64,000 nt of DNA from an uncultured delta proteobacterium (GTDB lineage Bacteria; Desulfobacterota; Binatia; Binatales; Binataceae). The position numbers were made by a program, and so were the translations under genes. The notes beneath the pieces were generated by a model that ran no database searches, had not been told where the DNA came from, and worked only from the letters and a program-made list of their open reading frames with translations. Within the stretch, counting starts at the first letter, position 1; each line of letters begins with the position of its first letter. This document shows positions 37,401 to 46,963 of the stretch, one piece after another. The stretch is from NCBI GenBank assembly GCA_963789115.1, contig CAWBJH010000002.1, positions 447,412 through 511,411 on the forward strand. The letters run 5' to 3'.

Positions 37401-38275
37401 TACTCCACGTTTTGCACCTGCTCGCGCATCTTTTCCAGTGCCCCCTTCATCTCCACCGCCAGGCGCGACAGCTCCCCGCTCTGGGATTTGGCGCCGATCG
37501 TATTCACCTCGCGATTGACCTCCTGGAGCAGGAACTCGATCTCCTTGCCGACCGGCGTCTGCTTGCCGAGCAGTGCCCGCAGGGCCTGCAGATGGGCCCG
37601 CAGACGCGCCAGCTCCTCGCTGATATCGGCGCGCTGCGCGGCCGCCGCCGCGTCCTCGTGCAGGCGCTTCTCGTTGACCGCCACCTCCGCCAGCAACTGG
37701 CGCATCCGCGCCTCGAAGGACGCCACGACCTGCGCGCGCGATTGGTCGGCGAGGCTTGCGATCTTCGGTATCGCGGCTTCGAGCAGAGAAAGATGGGCCT
37801 TGAGATCGCGGGCCAGGCTCGCGCCCTCGCGGATCCGTTCGGCGTCGAGCGCCTTGAGCGCGAGTCTCAGCGCTTTGAACCCGGTTTTGACCCCGACCCG
37901 ATCGTCGTTCTCATTCTCGATCACCCGGAAGATCTCGGGACGCTCGAGGATCGCCTCGATTCCCAGTTGCCCCGAGAGCCCGAAGCGTTTTGCCAGGCGC
38001 TTGAGCTCGGCGACGTAACTGCGGGCCAGCCGCTCGTCGACCTGGAGGCGGGTGCGCGGCGGGCGCATCGCGATGCATCGGATGCTCACCTCGATCCGGC
38101 CGCGCGCAACCACTTCCTGCACCAGCTTGCGGACCTCGGCTTCGTAGTCGCCCCATCCGTGCGGGAGGCTGAGCTTGAGCTCGAAAAAGCGTTGATTGAG
38201 CGAGCGCGCTTCGACCGCGACTTGAAGCTCGCCACTTTTAAGGGTCGCTCGTCCGAAGCCGGTCATGCTGCGCAT
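37400..38275 (-). CDS. yicC: YicC/YloC family stress-induced protein
   Basis: MRSMTGFGRA N-terminus and C-terminal EIEFLLQEVNREVNTIGAKS. Confidence 0.9.
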   Translation of the reverse strand: MRSMTGFGRATLKSGELQVAVEARSLNQRFFELKLSLPHGWGDYEAEVRKLVQEVVARGRIEVSIRCIAMRPPRTRLQVDERLARSYVAELKRLAKRFGLSGQLGIEAILERPEIFRVIENENDDRVGVKTGFKALRLALKALDAERIREGASLARDLKAHLSLLEAAIPKIASLADQSRAQVVASFEARMRQLLAEVAVNEKRLHEDAAAAAQRADISEELARLRAHLQALRALLGKQTPVGKEIEFLLQEVNREVNTIGAKSQSGELSRLAVEMKGALEKMREQVQNVE

Positions 38276-38292
38276 CGGATTCAGTTGTCCTC

Positions 38293-39513
38293 CTATTTCG
38301 CGGCTCCGCCGTCAGAAGAACCGGCACGGAGGCCGGCCCTACCAAGACAGGTCCGATAAAGCTCGAGCGTCGCACGCGCCATCGCGGCGATGCTGAACCG
38401 CTCGACGATCCTATGGCGCGCGGCGGCTCCAAATCTCTCGCGCATCGCCCGGTCGGCGGCAAGCACAGCTATCGCGCGGGCAAGAGGATGCGCGCTGCCC
38501 GGCTCGACCAGCCGGCCGCTGCGCCCGTCCTCGATCACCTCGCCGACCCCTCCGACATTGGCGGCGACCGCCGCCAGCCCACACCCCATCGCTTCCAGCA
38601 ACGCTACGCCCAATCCCTCGTTCAGCGAGGGAAAGGCGAAGATATCGAGCGCCCAAAGTACCGCACGCGGATCCTCAACGCCACCCGTAAGGCGCACCCG
38701 GCCTTCCAGGCCGAGCCGGACAATCGCACGCTGAAGCTCGCCGCGCAGCGAGCCGTCCCCGACGATAAAGCATCGGAGCGCCGCCGGGTCGCGCGCGGCC
38801 GCCGGCTCCGCTATCGCCTCCAACAGGTAGCGATGACCCTTGCGGGCTTCGAGCATCCCCACCGCGCCGACCGCAATTTCATCCGGGCCGAGCTTTAGCG
38901 CCGCCCGCGCCGCGGCGCGCTCGTCGGCGCCGGGCGGGCGGAAACGTTCGCAATCGACGCCGCTCGGAATCACGGTCACCCGGGAAAGCGCGACGTCGGC
39001 TTTAGCCAGCGAATCGGCCACGCCTCTCGAGATCGCCGCGACGCCGTCGACCGCGCGGTTGTACATATACGGCGCGAACAGCCGGTTCGGCGGGTAGTCC
39101 ATCCTGCGCGTCACGACCAGCGCACGCGCCAGTCCTTTTGCGAACGGGGCTATGGCATGCGCCCGCGCGGTGTGGAAGTGCACGATGTCGTAATGCCCTC
39201 GGCGCAGCACGGCGCGCATCCTGAGCCCCGCGCCAAAGTCGAGTGCGTTGCGAATTTTAAGCGGGTGGCATGGCAAGTCCGCGGCACGCGCCCGCCCGAA
39301 AAGCTCGCCGCGCGGGTCGCACAGCAGCTCGGCGCGATGGCCGGCGCGACGCAGCTCGACCGTCAGAGCGAGGACCTGGCTCTCGCCGCCGGCGAAGCGC
39401 AGCTCGGGATCGACCCCGAGCACCGCAAGCGGCGCATCGGCGCGCAGCCCGCCGGCCGGCGTCGCGCACGCCGCGGCGAGCTTGGCGCCGCTATCGATGG
39501 GAGTTGAAGTCAC
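38293..39513 (-). CDS. Glycosyltransferase family 4 (GT-B, LPS-core context)
   Basis: C-terminal FPSLNEGLGVALLEAMGCGLAAVA E-x7-E region. GTG at 39513 overlaps the upstream stop (GTGA). Confidence 0.8.
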   Translation of the reverse strand: MTSTPIDSGAKLAAACATPAGGLRADAPLAVLGVDPELRFAGGESQVLALTVELRRAGHRAELLCDPRGELFGRARAADLPCHPLKIRNALDFGAGLRMRAVLRRGHYDIVHFHTARAHAIAPFAKGLARALVVTRRMDYPPNRLFAPYMYNRAVDGVAAISRGVADSLAKADVALSRVTVIPSGVDCERFRPPGADERAAARAALKLGPDEIAVGAVGMLEARKGHRYLLEAIAEPAAARDPAALRCFIVGDGSLRGELQRAIVRLGLEGRVRLTGGVEDPRAVLWALDIFAFPSLNEGLGVALLEAMGCGLAAVAANVGGVGEVIEDGRSGRLVEPGSAHPLARAIAVLAADRAMRERFGAAARHRIVERFSIAAMARATLELYRTCLGRAGLRAGSSDGGAAK

Positions 39514-40394
39514 CGCGCCCGGGGAGCCGGCAGAGGCGACCCGGCCGGCGCCGCGCCGCAACAATCGCCCGCGCGGCGGTCTCTTGCGATTCGCGCCTGA
39601 AGCATCCTGAGCGCCCGTCGCGTTGCGGCGTCGTGGCGCCAAAGCCCGAGCCCCGCGGCCCAAGCTCGGATGATTTGCGTCCGGTCGGCTTGCGTCATCC
39701 CGGGCAGCTCGAAGCGCATCAGCTGCACCAGGTTGCGCAACTGGCGGCGGCGCCGCCCGATCGCAAACGCCCGCCGCGTGCGATCGTGATCGAGCAAGAC
39801 AAAGCGCGGCGGCTCGAGGCCCGCCACGAACACGTTGTGCGGCGTCAGATCGCCGTGGATATAGCCGGCGCGATGGAGCCGGGCGACCTCCGCGCCGAGC
39901 GCGTCGAAAATCGCCGGCCTGAGATCAGCCTGCCCGCGACCGGATCGCGTCGCCGGCGCGCTCAGAAGGCCGTCCAGCGGGGTGCCGTCAACCGCCTCGG
40001 TCATCAGCAGCTCGCGCCCGCTGGAACGTTCTTCCCCAAACAGCATCGGACGGGCCACCGCGAATCCGTGCGCGCACAGGATCGCGGCGGCCCGCGCCGC
40101 GTGCGCGGCGCGCGAACCGCGAAGCCGGCGTTTGATCGCGTCAAGCCCGCGCGGCACGTCGTAAACCTTGATGAACACGACCATCGGCTCGCCGACCGGC
40201 TCGCCCCACACCCGCATCAGATAGGTCGTCGCATGACGCGAGCGCCGATAGACGCCGGCGGCTCCCTGGTTTGCGACTGCGATCGCGGTATCCCACAGTA
40301 GCTCGCGCAATCCCGGCTCCAGGCCGGCGCTCTCGGGCGTGAACTCGAGCCGCCATCCATCGCGCTCGAGCAGCTTTGTGGGGGCTTCCATCAA
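39510..40394 (-). CDS. Lipopolysaccharide kinase (Kdo/WaaP/InaA family)
   Basis: FIKVY.., LHRAGYIHGDLTPHNVFV catalytic loop. Confidence 0.75.
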   Translation of the reverse strand: MMEAPTKLLERDGWRLEFTPESAGLEPGLRELLWDTAIAVANQGAAGVYRRSRHATTYLMRVWGEPVGEPMVVFIKVYDVPRGLDAIKRRLRGSRAAHAARAAAILCAHGFAVARPMLFGEERSSGRELLMTEAVDGTPLDGLLSAPATRSGRGQADLRPAIFDALGAEVARLHRAGYIHGDLTPHNVFVAGLEPPRFVLLDHDRTRRAFAIGRRRRQLRNLVQLMRFELPGMTQADRTQIIRAWAAGLGLWRHDAATRRALRMLQARIARDRRAGDCCGAAPAGSPLPAPRAR

Positions 40395-41524
40395 CGCCGG
40401 CTCCCGCTCGCCTCGCCCGCCCCGACCACGTCCGCGCCGGGCGCCCTCGCATCCAGGGCAGGCGCGGCCGAAACCGCCCGCCGCACGGCCGCGGCAACCG
40501 CCTCAGGCCTTATCCGCCGCATGCATTCGCGGCCGATTGGACATTCGCGCAAGTAGCACGGATGACACGCGATCTCGGCTCGCACCGCCAGCTCCGCGAA
40601 TCCCCACGGCGCCGAGCGCTGGGGCGCGGTCGCACCCCATAGCGACACCACCGGGCATCCGACCGCCGCCGCGATATGCATCGGGCCGCAGTCGGGACCG
40701 AAGGCCGCGGCGCATTCGCCGAAGATCCCGATCAAGTCGCGCAGGCCGGTGCGGCCGGCCAGATCGAGCACCGGCGCTCCGTCGAGATGGCGCCTGACCT
40801 CGGCCGCCAGGGCGACATCGCTCGGCCCTCCGAGCAGAATCGGGAACAGCGCCGGAGCGCCGTTGACCGGGCGCACCAGCTCGCGAATCACCGCGCCGGT
40901 GGCCTCCGGAAAATATACCCGGCTCGGCCACGACGACCCCAGAATCACGCCGAGGCGCGGAGCCTGAGTATCGGCGAGCAATCCGATCGCGCGTGCACGC
41001 TCGTCGGCGCCCAGCTCCAGCCCGAACTCGGGTGGTGCGGGCGCAAGCCCAAGCGCGTCGCCGAAGGCCTGGTACTGCGCGAGCTTGAGCCTCATCGGCG
41101 GCTGCGGCGCGATCTTTCGGGTCGAGAACAGATAGTTGAGCTCCTTGGCGTTGGGGCGCGCGAATCCAAGCCGCTCGCGCGCTCCCGAGGCAAACGAGGC
41201 GACTCCGCTCTTCAGATGCCGCTGCAGATCGATCACCAGGTCGAAGCGGCCCGCGCGTATCTTGCGGATAAACCCGACGAAGGCCCGCGGCCCGCGTCCG
41301 CGCTGATAGAGGATCACCTCGTCGAGCCATCGATGGCCCCTGACGATCGGCTCCGACGTGGGCTCCACCGCCCATGCGATGTGCGCAGCGGGATACGCGC
41401 GGCGAAGCCGCCCCAGCAGCGGCAGCGCGCGAACAACATCACCGATAGCGCCGAGCAGCACGATCAGGATACGGCGCGGCGCAGCCGGCACCGCATCCGT
41501 AGCGATAGCGGAATCAGGCGGCAT
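40391..41524 (-). CDS. Glycosyltransferase family 9 (LPS heptosyltransferase-like)
   Basis: RILIVLLGAIGDVVRALPLL and GPDCGPMHIAAAVG. ATG at 41524 is preferred over the over-extended track ORF. Confidence 0.8.
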   Translation of the reverse strand: MPPDSAIATDAVPAAPRRILIVLLGAIGDVVRALPLLGRLRRAYPAAHIAWAVEPTSEPIVRGHRWLDEVILYQRGRGPRAFVGFIRKIRAGRFDLVIDLQRHLKSGVASFASGARERLGFARPNAKELNYLFSTRKIAPQPPMRLKLAQYQAFGDALGLAPAPPEFGLELGADERARAIGLLADTQAPRLGVILGSSWPSRVYFPEATGAVIRELVRPVNGAPALFPILLGGPSDVALAAEVRRHLDGAPVLDLAGRTGLRDLIGIFGECAAAFGPDCGPMHIAAAVGCPVVSLWGATAPQRSAPWGFAELAVRAEIACHPCYLRECPIGRECMRRIRPEAVAAAVRRAVSAAPALDARAPGADVVGAGEASGSRR

Positions 41525-41765
41525 AGAAGAGTAAAACTCTTGCGCCCGATGATAACCACGCGCGCCGCCCGCGCAAAGGCCACCTGATTCTCCTACCGGG
41601 CGGGGTAACAGCCACCCGATTGCGGTCAATGGCCGTGGCGGGTACAAGGCCCCTATCGCGGGCCGAGCCGGAGGTGAATGCAACGGTGCCTGACAACCTC
41701 TCCAGGGCCGAGCGATGGGCGGGGCCGACAAGCGGCAGAGGCGAGGCGGGGGCGACGGCTCTCGG

Positions 41766-41873
41766 CTAGTGCCGTTCCAACTGGTTGGTCCTAACGCCGG
41801 CAGCAGCGACGAGGAGCGCAAGGTGGAGAACTTGTCGCATAGTTTTAGGTCGAAAAAGTTGGAACGGGACTAG
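41766..41873. mobile_element. MITE-like element, family C, copy 1 (108 bp)
   Basis: CTAGTGCCGTTCCAAC..GTTGGAACGGGACTAG terminal inverted repeats. About 92% identical to 53864-53971. The terminal CTA at 41870-41872 is the nuoD stop. Confidence 0.85.
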
Positions 41874-43084
41874 CGGTCGCATTCGCCGCCGATCATGTTG
41901 ATCATGCCGAAGGTCGCGATGATGTCCGCGATCATCCGCCCGCTCAGCATCTTGTTCAGCGCGCCCATGGCCAGAAAGCACGGCGGCCTCACTCGCACGC
42001 GGTATGGACGCCCGCTGCCGTCGCTTACCACGTAGAAACCCAGCTCGCCGTTGGCACCCTCGACCGCCTGGTAAACCTCGCCCGCCGGCACCTTGACGCC
42101 TTCCATGATCAGCTTGAAGTGGTTCATCAGGCCTTCGATCGAGTTGTAGACCCGCTCCTTGGGCGGCAGCACCACCCGCGGGTCGCTGACCGCGACCGGC
42201 CCCTCGGGAATCTGCGCCATCGCCTGCTCGATAATCCGCATCGATTGGTAGAGTTCGCGAAAGCGCACCAGGAAGCGGTCGTAGTTGTCGCCGCGCTCCC
42301 CAAGCGGCACCTCGAAGTCCATCCGGTCGTAAACCAGGTACGGGCTGGCCTTGCGCACGTCGTAGTTGACGCCCGCCGCGCGCAGGAGCGGCCCGGTGAG
42401 TCCGTAGGAGATGCAATCCTCGCGCGGCAGGATCCCGATACCCGCCAGCCGGTCCACGAACACGCGGTTCCTGGTGAGCAGCTTGTCGCAATCCGACAGG
42501 AGCGCGCCGACATTCTTGAGCGCCGGCTTGAGCCGGTCTCCGAAGCCGGGCGGCAGATCGCGCGCCACTCCGCCGACCCGGCACCAGCTCACGGTTACAC
42601 GCGCGCCGGTAACCGCCTCGACGAGATCGTAGAGGGGCTCGCGCGCCTCGATCATGAAGCACGCCACGCTCGACGCGCCGACCTCATGCGCCGCCAGCCC
42701 GAGGCACGTCATATGGTCGGTGATGCGCGAGATCTCGCTCATGATTACGCGGGCGTATTTGCAGCGCTCGGGCGTTTCGATCCCCAGCAGCTTCTCCACC
42801 GCCAACGCGAAGCCGACGTTGTTGATCAGCGGTGAGGAGTAGTTGAGCCGGTCGGTGTAGGGAAAGACCTGGGTCCAGGTTCCCTGCTCGCACATCTTCT
42901 CGAAGCCGCGATGCAGGTAGCCGACCTCAACGTCGCAATCGAGAATCCGCTCGCCGTCCAGCTTCAGGTTGAACTTGATGGTGCCGTGCGAGGCCGGGTG
43001 CGACGGCCCCATCTGGATCTCCATCACCTGGTCGGCCAAGTCGCCGGTTAAGGGTGTCTCTTTCCAGCGTGCAGGCAGTGCCAT
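41870..43084 (-). CDS. nuoD: NADH-quinone oxidoreductase subunit D
   Basis: 404 aa with MGPSHPASHG near the N-terminus and a canonical GECDR C-terminus. Confidence 0.95.
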   Translation of the reverse strand: MALPARWKETPLTGDLADQVMEIQMGPSHPASHGTIKFNLKLDGERILDCDVEVGYLHRGFEKMCEQGTWTQVFPYTDRLNYSSPLINNVGFALAVEKLLGIETPERCKYARVIMSEISRITDHMTCLGLAAHEVGASSVACFMIEAREPLYDLVEAVTGARVTVSWCRVGGVARDLPPGFGDRLKPALKNVGALLSDCDKLLTRNRVFVDRLAGIGILPREDCISYGLTGPLLRAAGVNYDVRKASPYLVYDRMDFEVPLGERGDNYDRFLVRFRELYQSMRIIEQAMAQIPEGPVAVSDPRVVLPPKERVYNSIEGLMNHFKLIMEGVKVPAGEVYQAVEGANGELGFYVVSDGSGRPYRVRVRPPCFLAMGALNKMLSGRMIADIIATFGMINMIGGECDR

Positions 43085-43090
43085 GGCCGG

Positions 43091-43600
43091 TTACCGCGAG
43101 GGTCTGAGCGGTTTGATCACGGGATCGGTCTCCTCGACCAGCGGCTGACGCCGCGCGACTGGGTAGTCCTTGCGCAGCGGATGGCCCTCGAAGGAGTCGT
43201 AAAGGAGGATGCGACGCAGGTCGGGATGGCCGCGGAAATCGATGCCGAACATGTCGTAGCATTCGCGCTCGAGCCAGTCGGCCGCCTTCCACAGGTCAAC
43301 CACGCTCGTCACCCAGGCATCCTCCTCCGCAACCGCCACCTTCAGCCGCAGGCGATGCTTGAGACCGAGCGAGAATAGATTATAGACGATCTCGAAACGC
43401 GGGTTGCGCTCCGGCCAATCTACCGCGGTCAGGTCGCTCAGCATGTTGAAGGCGAATTCGGGCTCGTCGCGCAGCGCCCGCATCAGGTCGTGGGCTCGCT
43501 CGCGGGCAACCTTGATCGTCTCCTCGCCATGAGCGGACTCGACCGAAAGGATATCGGCATCGAAGCGCGTTTTGAGTCTTTCAATCAAGGTCTTTTTCAC
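43091..43600 (-). CDS. nuoC: NADH-quinone oxidoreductase subunit C
   Basis: 169 aa with WLERECYDMFGIDFRGHPDLRRIL. Confidence 0.9.
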   Translation of the reverse strand: MKKTLIERLKTRFDADILSVESAHGEETIKVARERAHDLMRALRDEPEFAFNMLSDLTAVDWPERNPRFEIVYNLFSLGLKHRLRLKVAVAEEDAWVTSVVDLWKAADWLERECYDMFGIDFRGHPDLRRILLYDSFEGHPLRKDYPVARRQPLVEETDPVIKPLRPSR

Positions 43601-43669
43601 TGACCCGGCATGCAGGATGCCCCTGATGCCCGATGGTCGGGTGTCACTGGCGCAAGTTTCCCAGCCGCA

Positions 43670-44038
43670 CTAGTCCCAGTCCAGCGCTCCGCGCTGCCAA
43701 GCGTAGATCAGACCGATCACCAGGATAACCGTGAAGATCAGCACTTCAACGAAACCAAACATCCCCAGCCTGCGCAACTCCACCGCCCAAGGATAGAGGA
43801 AGATGATCTCCACATCGAAGACCAGGAACAGAATGGCAGTCAGGTAAAACCGCACCGAGAAGCGGCCCCACGCGGACCCGGTCGGCGGATTCCCGCATTC
43901 GAAGGCTTCACCCTTCACCGGCGAATGGCGGCGCGGTCCGATTAGCTGATTGATGGTGACCAATACGCCGACGATCAGCCCCGCCACCACGAACGTAACC
44001 GCAATAGGAAACCAGGTCAGCATCGTGACTCCAAGCAC
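43670..44038 (-). CDS. nuoA: NADH-quinone oxidoreductase subunit A
   Basis: 122 aa with three TM helices, FECGN and FDVEIIFLYPWA. Confidence 0.9.
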   Translation of the reverse strand: MLGVTMLTWFPIAVTFVVAGLIVGVLVTINQLIGPRRHSPVKGEAFECGNPPTGSAWGRFSVRFYLTAILFLVFDVEIIFLYPWAVELRRLGMFGFVEVLIFTVILVIGLIYAWQRGALDWD

Positions 44039-44288
44039 GCTCGTGCGAAAACCGTTCTTATCCTGACACCACTATCGCATCAGGGCACCTTTTCCAATGG
44101 CCGGGTCCGCGGTCAACGCCTCAGCGGGGTCTCGCCGGTGAGCCGATTCTTAACTTAAAGCGCTGTAAAACATGGGCGAATCCGTCGTCTCGCATAAAAT
44201 ATATTGACTTCTAGCCTCAAGCCGTCTAATGCCAGATCTGAGGCTTGTGAGGCGGATTGGGTAAACTGTCATCGGGAGGAAGCATCCT

Positions 44289-45605
44289 ATGAGCTCGAGG
44301 CAACTTGTTGGTCTAAGCGTTGCTGCCGCAGTTGCACCCTTGATGGTCCTGATGGGAGCTGTGGCGCCTGCCAAGGCGCAGGTGAAACCCGGCGATTTCA
44401 TCAATCCCGACAACGCCGAGAAGGTCAAATCGCTGGTGTCGCCAGGCGTCTACCCGCGGGTCGTGCATGGCATGACCATGAAAATCGAGCCGACCGAGCG
44501 GATAGAGTGGCCGCCGCCCTATCGGGAAGCGACCGAGAAGTATTCGCCACAGGTCAGGCTGACCCCGGACGGCAGGAGTCTGGCGGGCTATGTGGCGGGC
44601 GAGCCGTTCCCGATCATCGATCCGAACGACCCGGAGGCCGGTGTTAAGATCATGTGGAACGAGGTGTTCCGGCCGATTTCCACCGATGACTACGACCTGC
44701 GATGGTTCGATTGCGAAAGCGCGTATTGGGGCCGCAACAAGAAGTTCTTCGAGATTACCGACATCCAGATCGGCCACTATGCCGGCTACAATGAGGTCGG
44801 ACGCACCGAGGTCGAGCCCCTTCCCATTGATCCCGACTTCAAGGTAACGGGCCGCTATTATTTGGCGCTGCTCTACCCGGTCCTCTCGCCGCAAGACTCT
44901 CGGGGAACCGGAATAGTGAAGTCAATGTACGCCGATCCCGCCAAAGAGGACGATATTTGGACCTACGAGCCGGGGACGCGGCGGGTGCGCAGGCTGAACT
45001 ACTCGATGATCGACAGCGCGACCGGGCCACAGGCCTACGATCCCAATCATTATTTTGGGTGGAGCGGCAAGCCCGAGGACTACGATTTCCGCTTCCTGGG
45101 CGACAAGACGATGCTTGCCGCGGCGGACGTGCATCACGGAGTTGACGTGCGCTGCCCGACCGACGGCGGCGCCAGCCACTGCCCGGATCCCTGGCAGTTG
45201 CGTCACCTTTACGTGATCGAGGCCAAGGAGCGCACGGCACGACTCTCCAGTCCGCTTTACAGCCGCGAGATCATCTACATCGACTCCGAAGCCGACTTTC
45301 CGATGTACGTCGACATGTATGACCGCAGTGGTCAGTTGTTCAATGGCTACGTCTCGTGGCTGAATTACTCGGATCGCGCGCAAAGCGATTCGCGAGTTGC
45401 GATATATCCCTTCAAGCGAGAGTTCGGGGTCGGGTCGTCGACTATCAATCTTCAGACGGGGTTCTCGACCGTCTGCTACCATCCGTCACCGGCGGCCCCG
45501 ACGCACGAGTCCTGGTTTATCAACATGGGAGCCGTGGACCGCAACTGGTTCACGGCCAACGCGATGCAGAAGGCCGCCTTGGGCGGTCATGCCGGTGGCG
45601 ACTAG
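44289..45605 (+). CDS. Secreted DUF1329 (LolA-like fold) family protein
   Basis: Signal peptide ..VAPAKAQ, then YVAGEPFPIIDPNDPEAGVKIMWN, which I recall as typical of DUF1329. Confidence 0.7.
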   Translation: MSSRQLVGLSVAAAVAPLMVLMGAVAPAKAQVKPGDFINPDNAEKVKSLVSPGVYPRVVHGMTMKIEPTERIEWPPPYREATEKYSPQVRLTPDGRSLAGYVAGEPFPIIDPNDPEAGVKIMWNEVFRPISTDDYDLRWFDCESAYWGRNKKFFEITDIQIGHYAGYNEVGRTEVEPLPIDPDFKVTGRYYLALLYPVLSPQDSRGTGIVKSMYADPAKEDDIWTYEPGTRRVRRLNYSMIDSATGPQAYDPNHYFGWSGKPEDYDFRFLGDKTMLAAADVHHGVDVRCPTDGGASHCPDPWQLRHLYVIEAKERTARLSSPLYSREIIYIDSEADFPMYVDMYDRSGQLFNGYVSWLNYSDRAQSDSRVAIYPFKREFGVGSSTINLQTGFSTVCYHPSPAAPTHESWFINMGAVDRNWFTANAMQKAALGGHAGGD

Positions 45606-45689
45606 GACATTGATGCCAGTGGACAAAGACTCCTTCACGACGCGGGCAATGGTCAGGGCGAGGACGTAAGCCGCGCGTGCTCTCGTGCA

Positions 45690-45724
45690 GCGACGGGCGC
45701 GCCCCTTAGGGGTGCGCCCGTCGC
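45690..45724 (+). terminator. Strong hairpin downstream of the DUF1329 gene; its stem contains the REP core GACGGGCG/CGCCCGTC
   Basis: 16-bp stem (one G-U pair) with loop TTA, followed by GCTTTG. Confidence 0.5.
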
Positions 45725-45807
45725 GCTTTGGCGGGTTGCGTCTGCCGAAAGGTGGGCGCAACGGCCATGACATGGCGGCGCCGCGCCCCCGCCGGTAAAA
45801 TGCCGCC

Positions 45808-46875
45808 ATGTCGGAGACATCGGCGCTGCCCGCGCGATGGCTTCAGCGGGCGATCGAGGCCGCCTGGCCGGGAGGCCGGGCCGCCTCTATCGCGCCGCTC
45901 AAGGGCGATGCGTCCACCCGCCGCTTCTGGCGGGTGCGGCTTGACTCCGGAGGCAAGCGCGCCCCTGCGACCGCGGTTGTAGTCGATCTCGGCCCCGACG
46001 ACGTCCCCTCGTATGCGCGGGCGCTCGGCCTCTATCCCGAACCGCTGCCCGAACCGCCCTACCTGAACGTCCAGCGCTTTCTCAAGTCGATCGAGGTGCC
46101 GGTGCCGGAGGTTTACTACAGCCGGCGCAGAGAACGCCTCCTGCTGGTCGAGGATGTCGGCGACCGCTCGCTTCACCAGGCCGCGCTGAGCGACCCAGCC
46201 CGCGCGCCCGACCTATACCGCGCCGCGGTCGAGGAGCTTTTGCGGATCCACGTCGAGGGAACCATCCGGCGCGATCCGCGATGTTACGCGTTTCGCATCC
46301 AGTACGACGGGCGCTTGCTTGGATGGGAACTCGATCAATTTGCGGAGTTCGGTCTGGCCGCGGTGGCACCGGATTCGAATCGCGAGGCAGTACTTCCCGA
46401 GCTCGCCGAGTTGGCCGCACGCCTGGACTGCATCCCGCGCGTTTTCTCCCATCGCGACTACCACGGCGGCAATCTGTTCGTGGACCAGGGCGCCGGGCGC
46501 GAGCTCCGGCTTCGCGTGCTCGACTTCCAGGACGCGCTGATGGCACCGCCGGCCCATGACTTGGCGCTGCTGATGACGACGCGCGACACCGCCCGCGTCG
46601 TGACGCCGGCGCTCGAAAACCGTCTGCTCGACTTCTATCTCGGCGGATTAAGCCGCCGCGCCGTGCCGGCCGACGACCGCGCCGTGTTTGTCGAGAGCTA
46701 CCGCCTGTGCGTCCTTCAGCACGCGCTCAAGATGATCGGCCGCTTCACATTGCTGGAGCGCGCCGGCAAGCCCGGTTACGCGGTCTATGTCCCGCACGCC
46801 GTGGCGCAGGCGCGCCGGATGCTCACGCAGGGCGATGACTTCCCGTCGCTCAGGCGGATGCTTGGAGTCGGATGA
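45808..46875 (+). CDS. Aminoglycoside-phosphotransferase-fold kinase (AmgK-like anomeric sugar kinase candidate)
   Basis: SHRDYHGGNLFV catalytic loop and VLDFQDA. Paired with a MurU-like nucleotidyltransferase. Confidence 0.65.
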   Translation: MSETSALPARWLQRAIEAAWPGGRAASIAPLKGDASTRRFWRVRLDSGGKRAPATAVVVDLGPDDVPSYARALGLYPEPLPEPPYLNVQRFLKSIEVPVPEVYYSRRRERLLLVEDVGDRSLHQAALSDPARAPDLYRAAVEELLRIHVEGTIRRDPRCYAFRIQYDGRLLGWELDQFAEFGLAAVAPDSNREAVLPELAELAARLDCIPRVFSHRDYHGGNLFVDQGAGRELRLRVLDFQDALMAPPAHDLALLMTTRDTARVVTPALENRLLDFYLGGLSRRAVPADDRAVFVESYRLCVLQHALKMIGRFTLLERAGKPGYAVYVPHAVAQARRMLTQGDDFPSLRRMLGVG

Positions 46876-46963
46876 TGAACGATGTAGCGCCGGCCTCCCC
46901 GCGCCGGTGGCGAGTGCCGGTTCCTTTCTCTCCATCGCTCAAGCGGTTTCTTGGAGTCGCGCG

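Noticed and set aside
35101-38018. 541-aa and 466-aa plus-strand ORFs opposite rel, gmk and yicC
   Set aside because: Antisense to three strongly conserved housekeeping genes, with no motifs.
43601-43669. Looked for a nuoB remnant between nuoA and nuoC
   Set aside because: There are only 69 bp with no open frame or conserved Cys motif, so nuoB is absent rather than degraded here.
44204-44232. TTGACT..TAATGC promoter-like motif upstream of the DUF1329 gene
   Set aside because: The -10 match is weak and there is no supporting feature, so I did not list it.
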